Positions 52,162-52,220 of a DNA stretch of 52,220 nucleotides are shown piece after piece; the stretch's first letter is position 1, and every line of letters begins with the position of its first letter. A model generated the notes under the pieces. The model did no database searches. It was not told the DNA's origin and was given only the letters and a program-made list of their open reading frames with translations. The stretch lies in sequence record SRR31156797_3202; one strand, given 5' to 3'. A program made the translations under genes and the position numbers.

Positions 52162-52220
52162 TATACCTAAGTAACCTCAAGATGCTGGTGCAGCGAGAAT
52201 TTATTCGCTCTTAGGCAAGG
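52162..52220. repeat. Left end of a Vibrio intergenic MITE-like repeat (truncated by window edge)
   Basis: TATACCTAAGTAACCTCAAGATGCTG...CAGCGAGAAT...AGGCAAGG has an ERIC-like TATACC terminus. Recognised from memory as a repeated Vibrio element; the other end is not visible. Confidence 0.5.

Overview
This is a Vibrio (Vibrionaceae) chromosomal surface-glycan region. From left to right it contains: (1) an IS3-family element cut by the window edge; (2) an AT-rich + strand operon (small ORF, GMC flavin oxidoreductase, SDR, DUF218, SDR, SMR-type flippase, UbiA-family polyprenyl-phosphate phosphoribosyltransferase); (3) a decayed SGNH hydrolase pseudogene; (4) a - strand O-antigen cluster (rmlBADC, acetyltransferase, two unusually small Wzx/Wzy-like membrane proteins, a WchF-like rhamnosyltransferase, a short Wzz, a WbfY/WbpM dehydratase, a GT-C protein, a DUF212 PAP2 protein, a UPF0104 flippase-like protein, WbfT- and WbfU-like genes); (5) gmhD and the LPS core (wav/waa) cluster, including glf; (6) the conserved coaD-mutM-rpmG-rpmB-radC-MCP-coaBC-slmA-lpxL-lpxM-pyrE-rph backbone, with ERIC-like repeats near rph. 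The most interesting signal is what appears to be a complete PRPP-derived, lipid-linked pentofuranose modification pathway split over two converging transcription units. It has no DprE1/DprE2 or HAD gene in the window, and instead carries a GMC oxidoreductase, two extended SDRs, DUF218 and DUF212. All calls come from motif recognition by eye; no database search was run.
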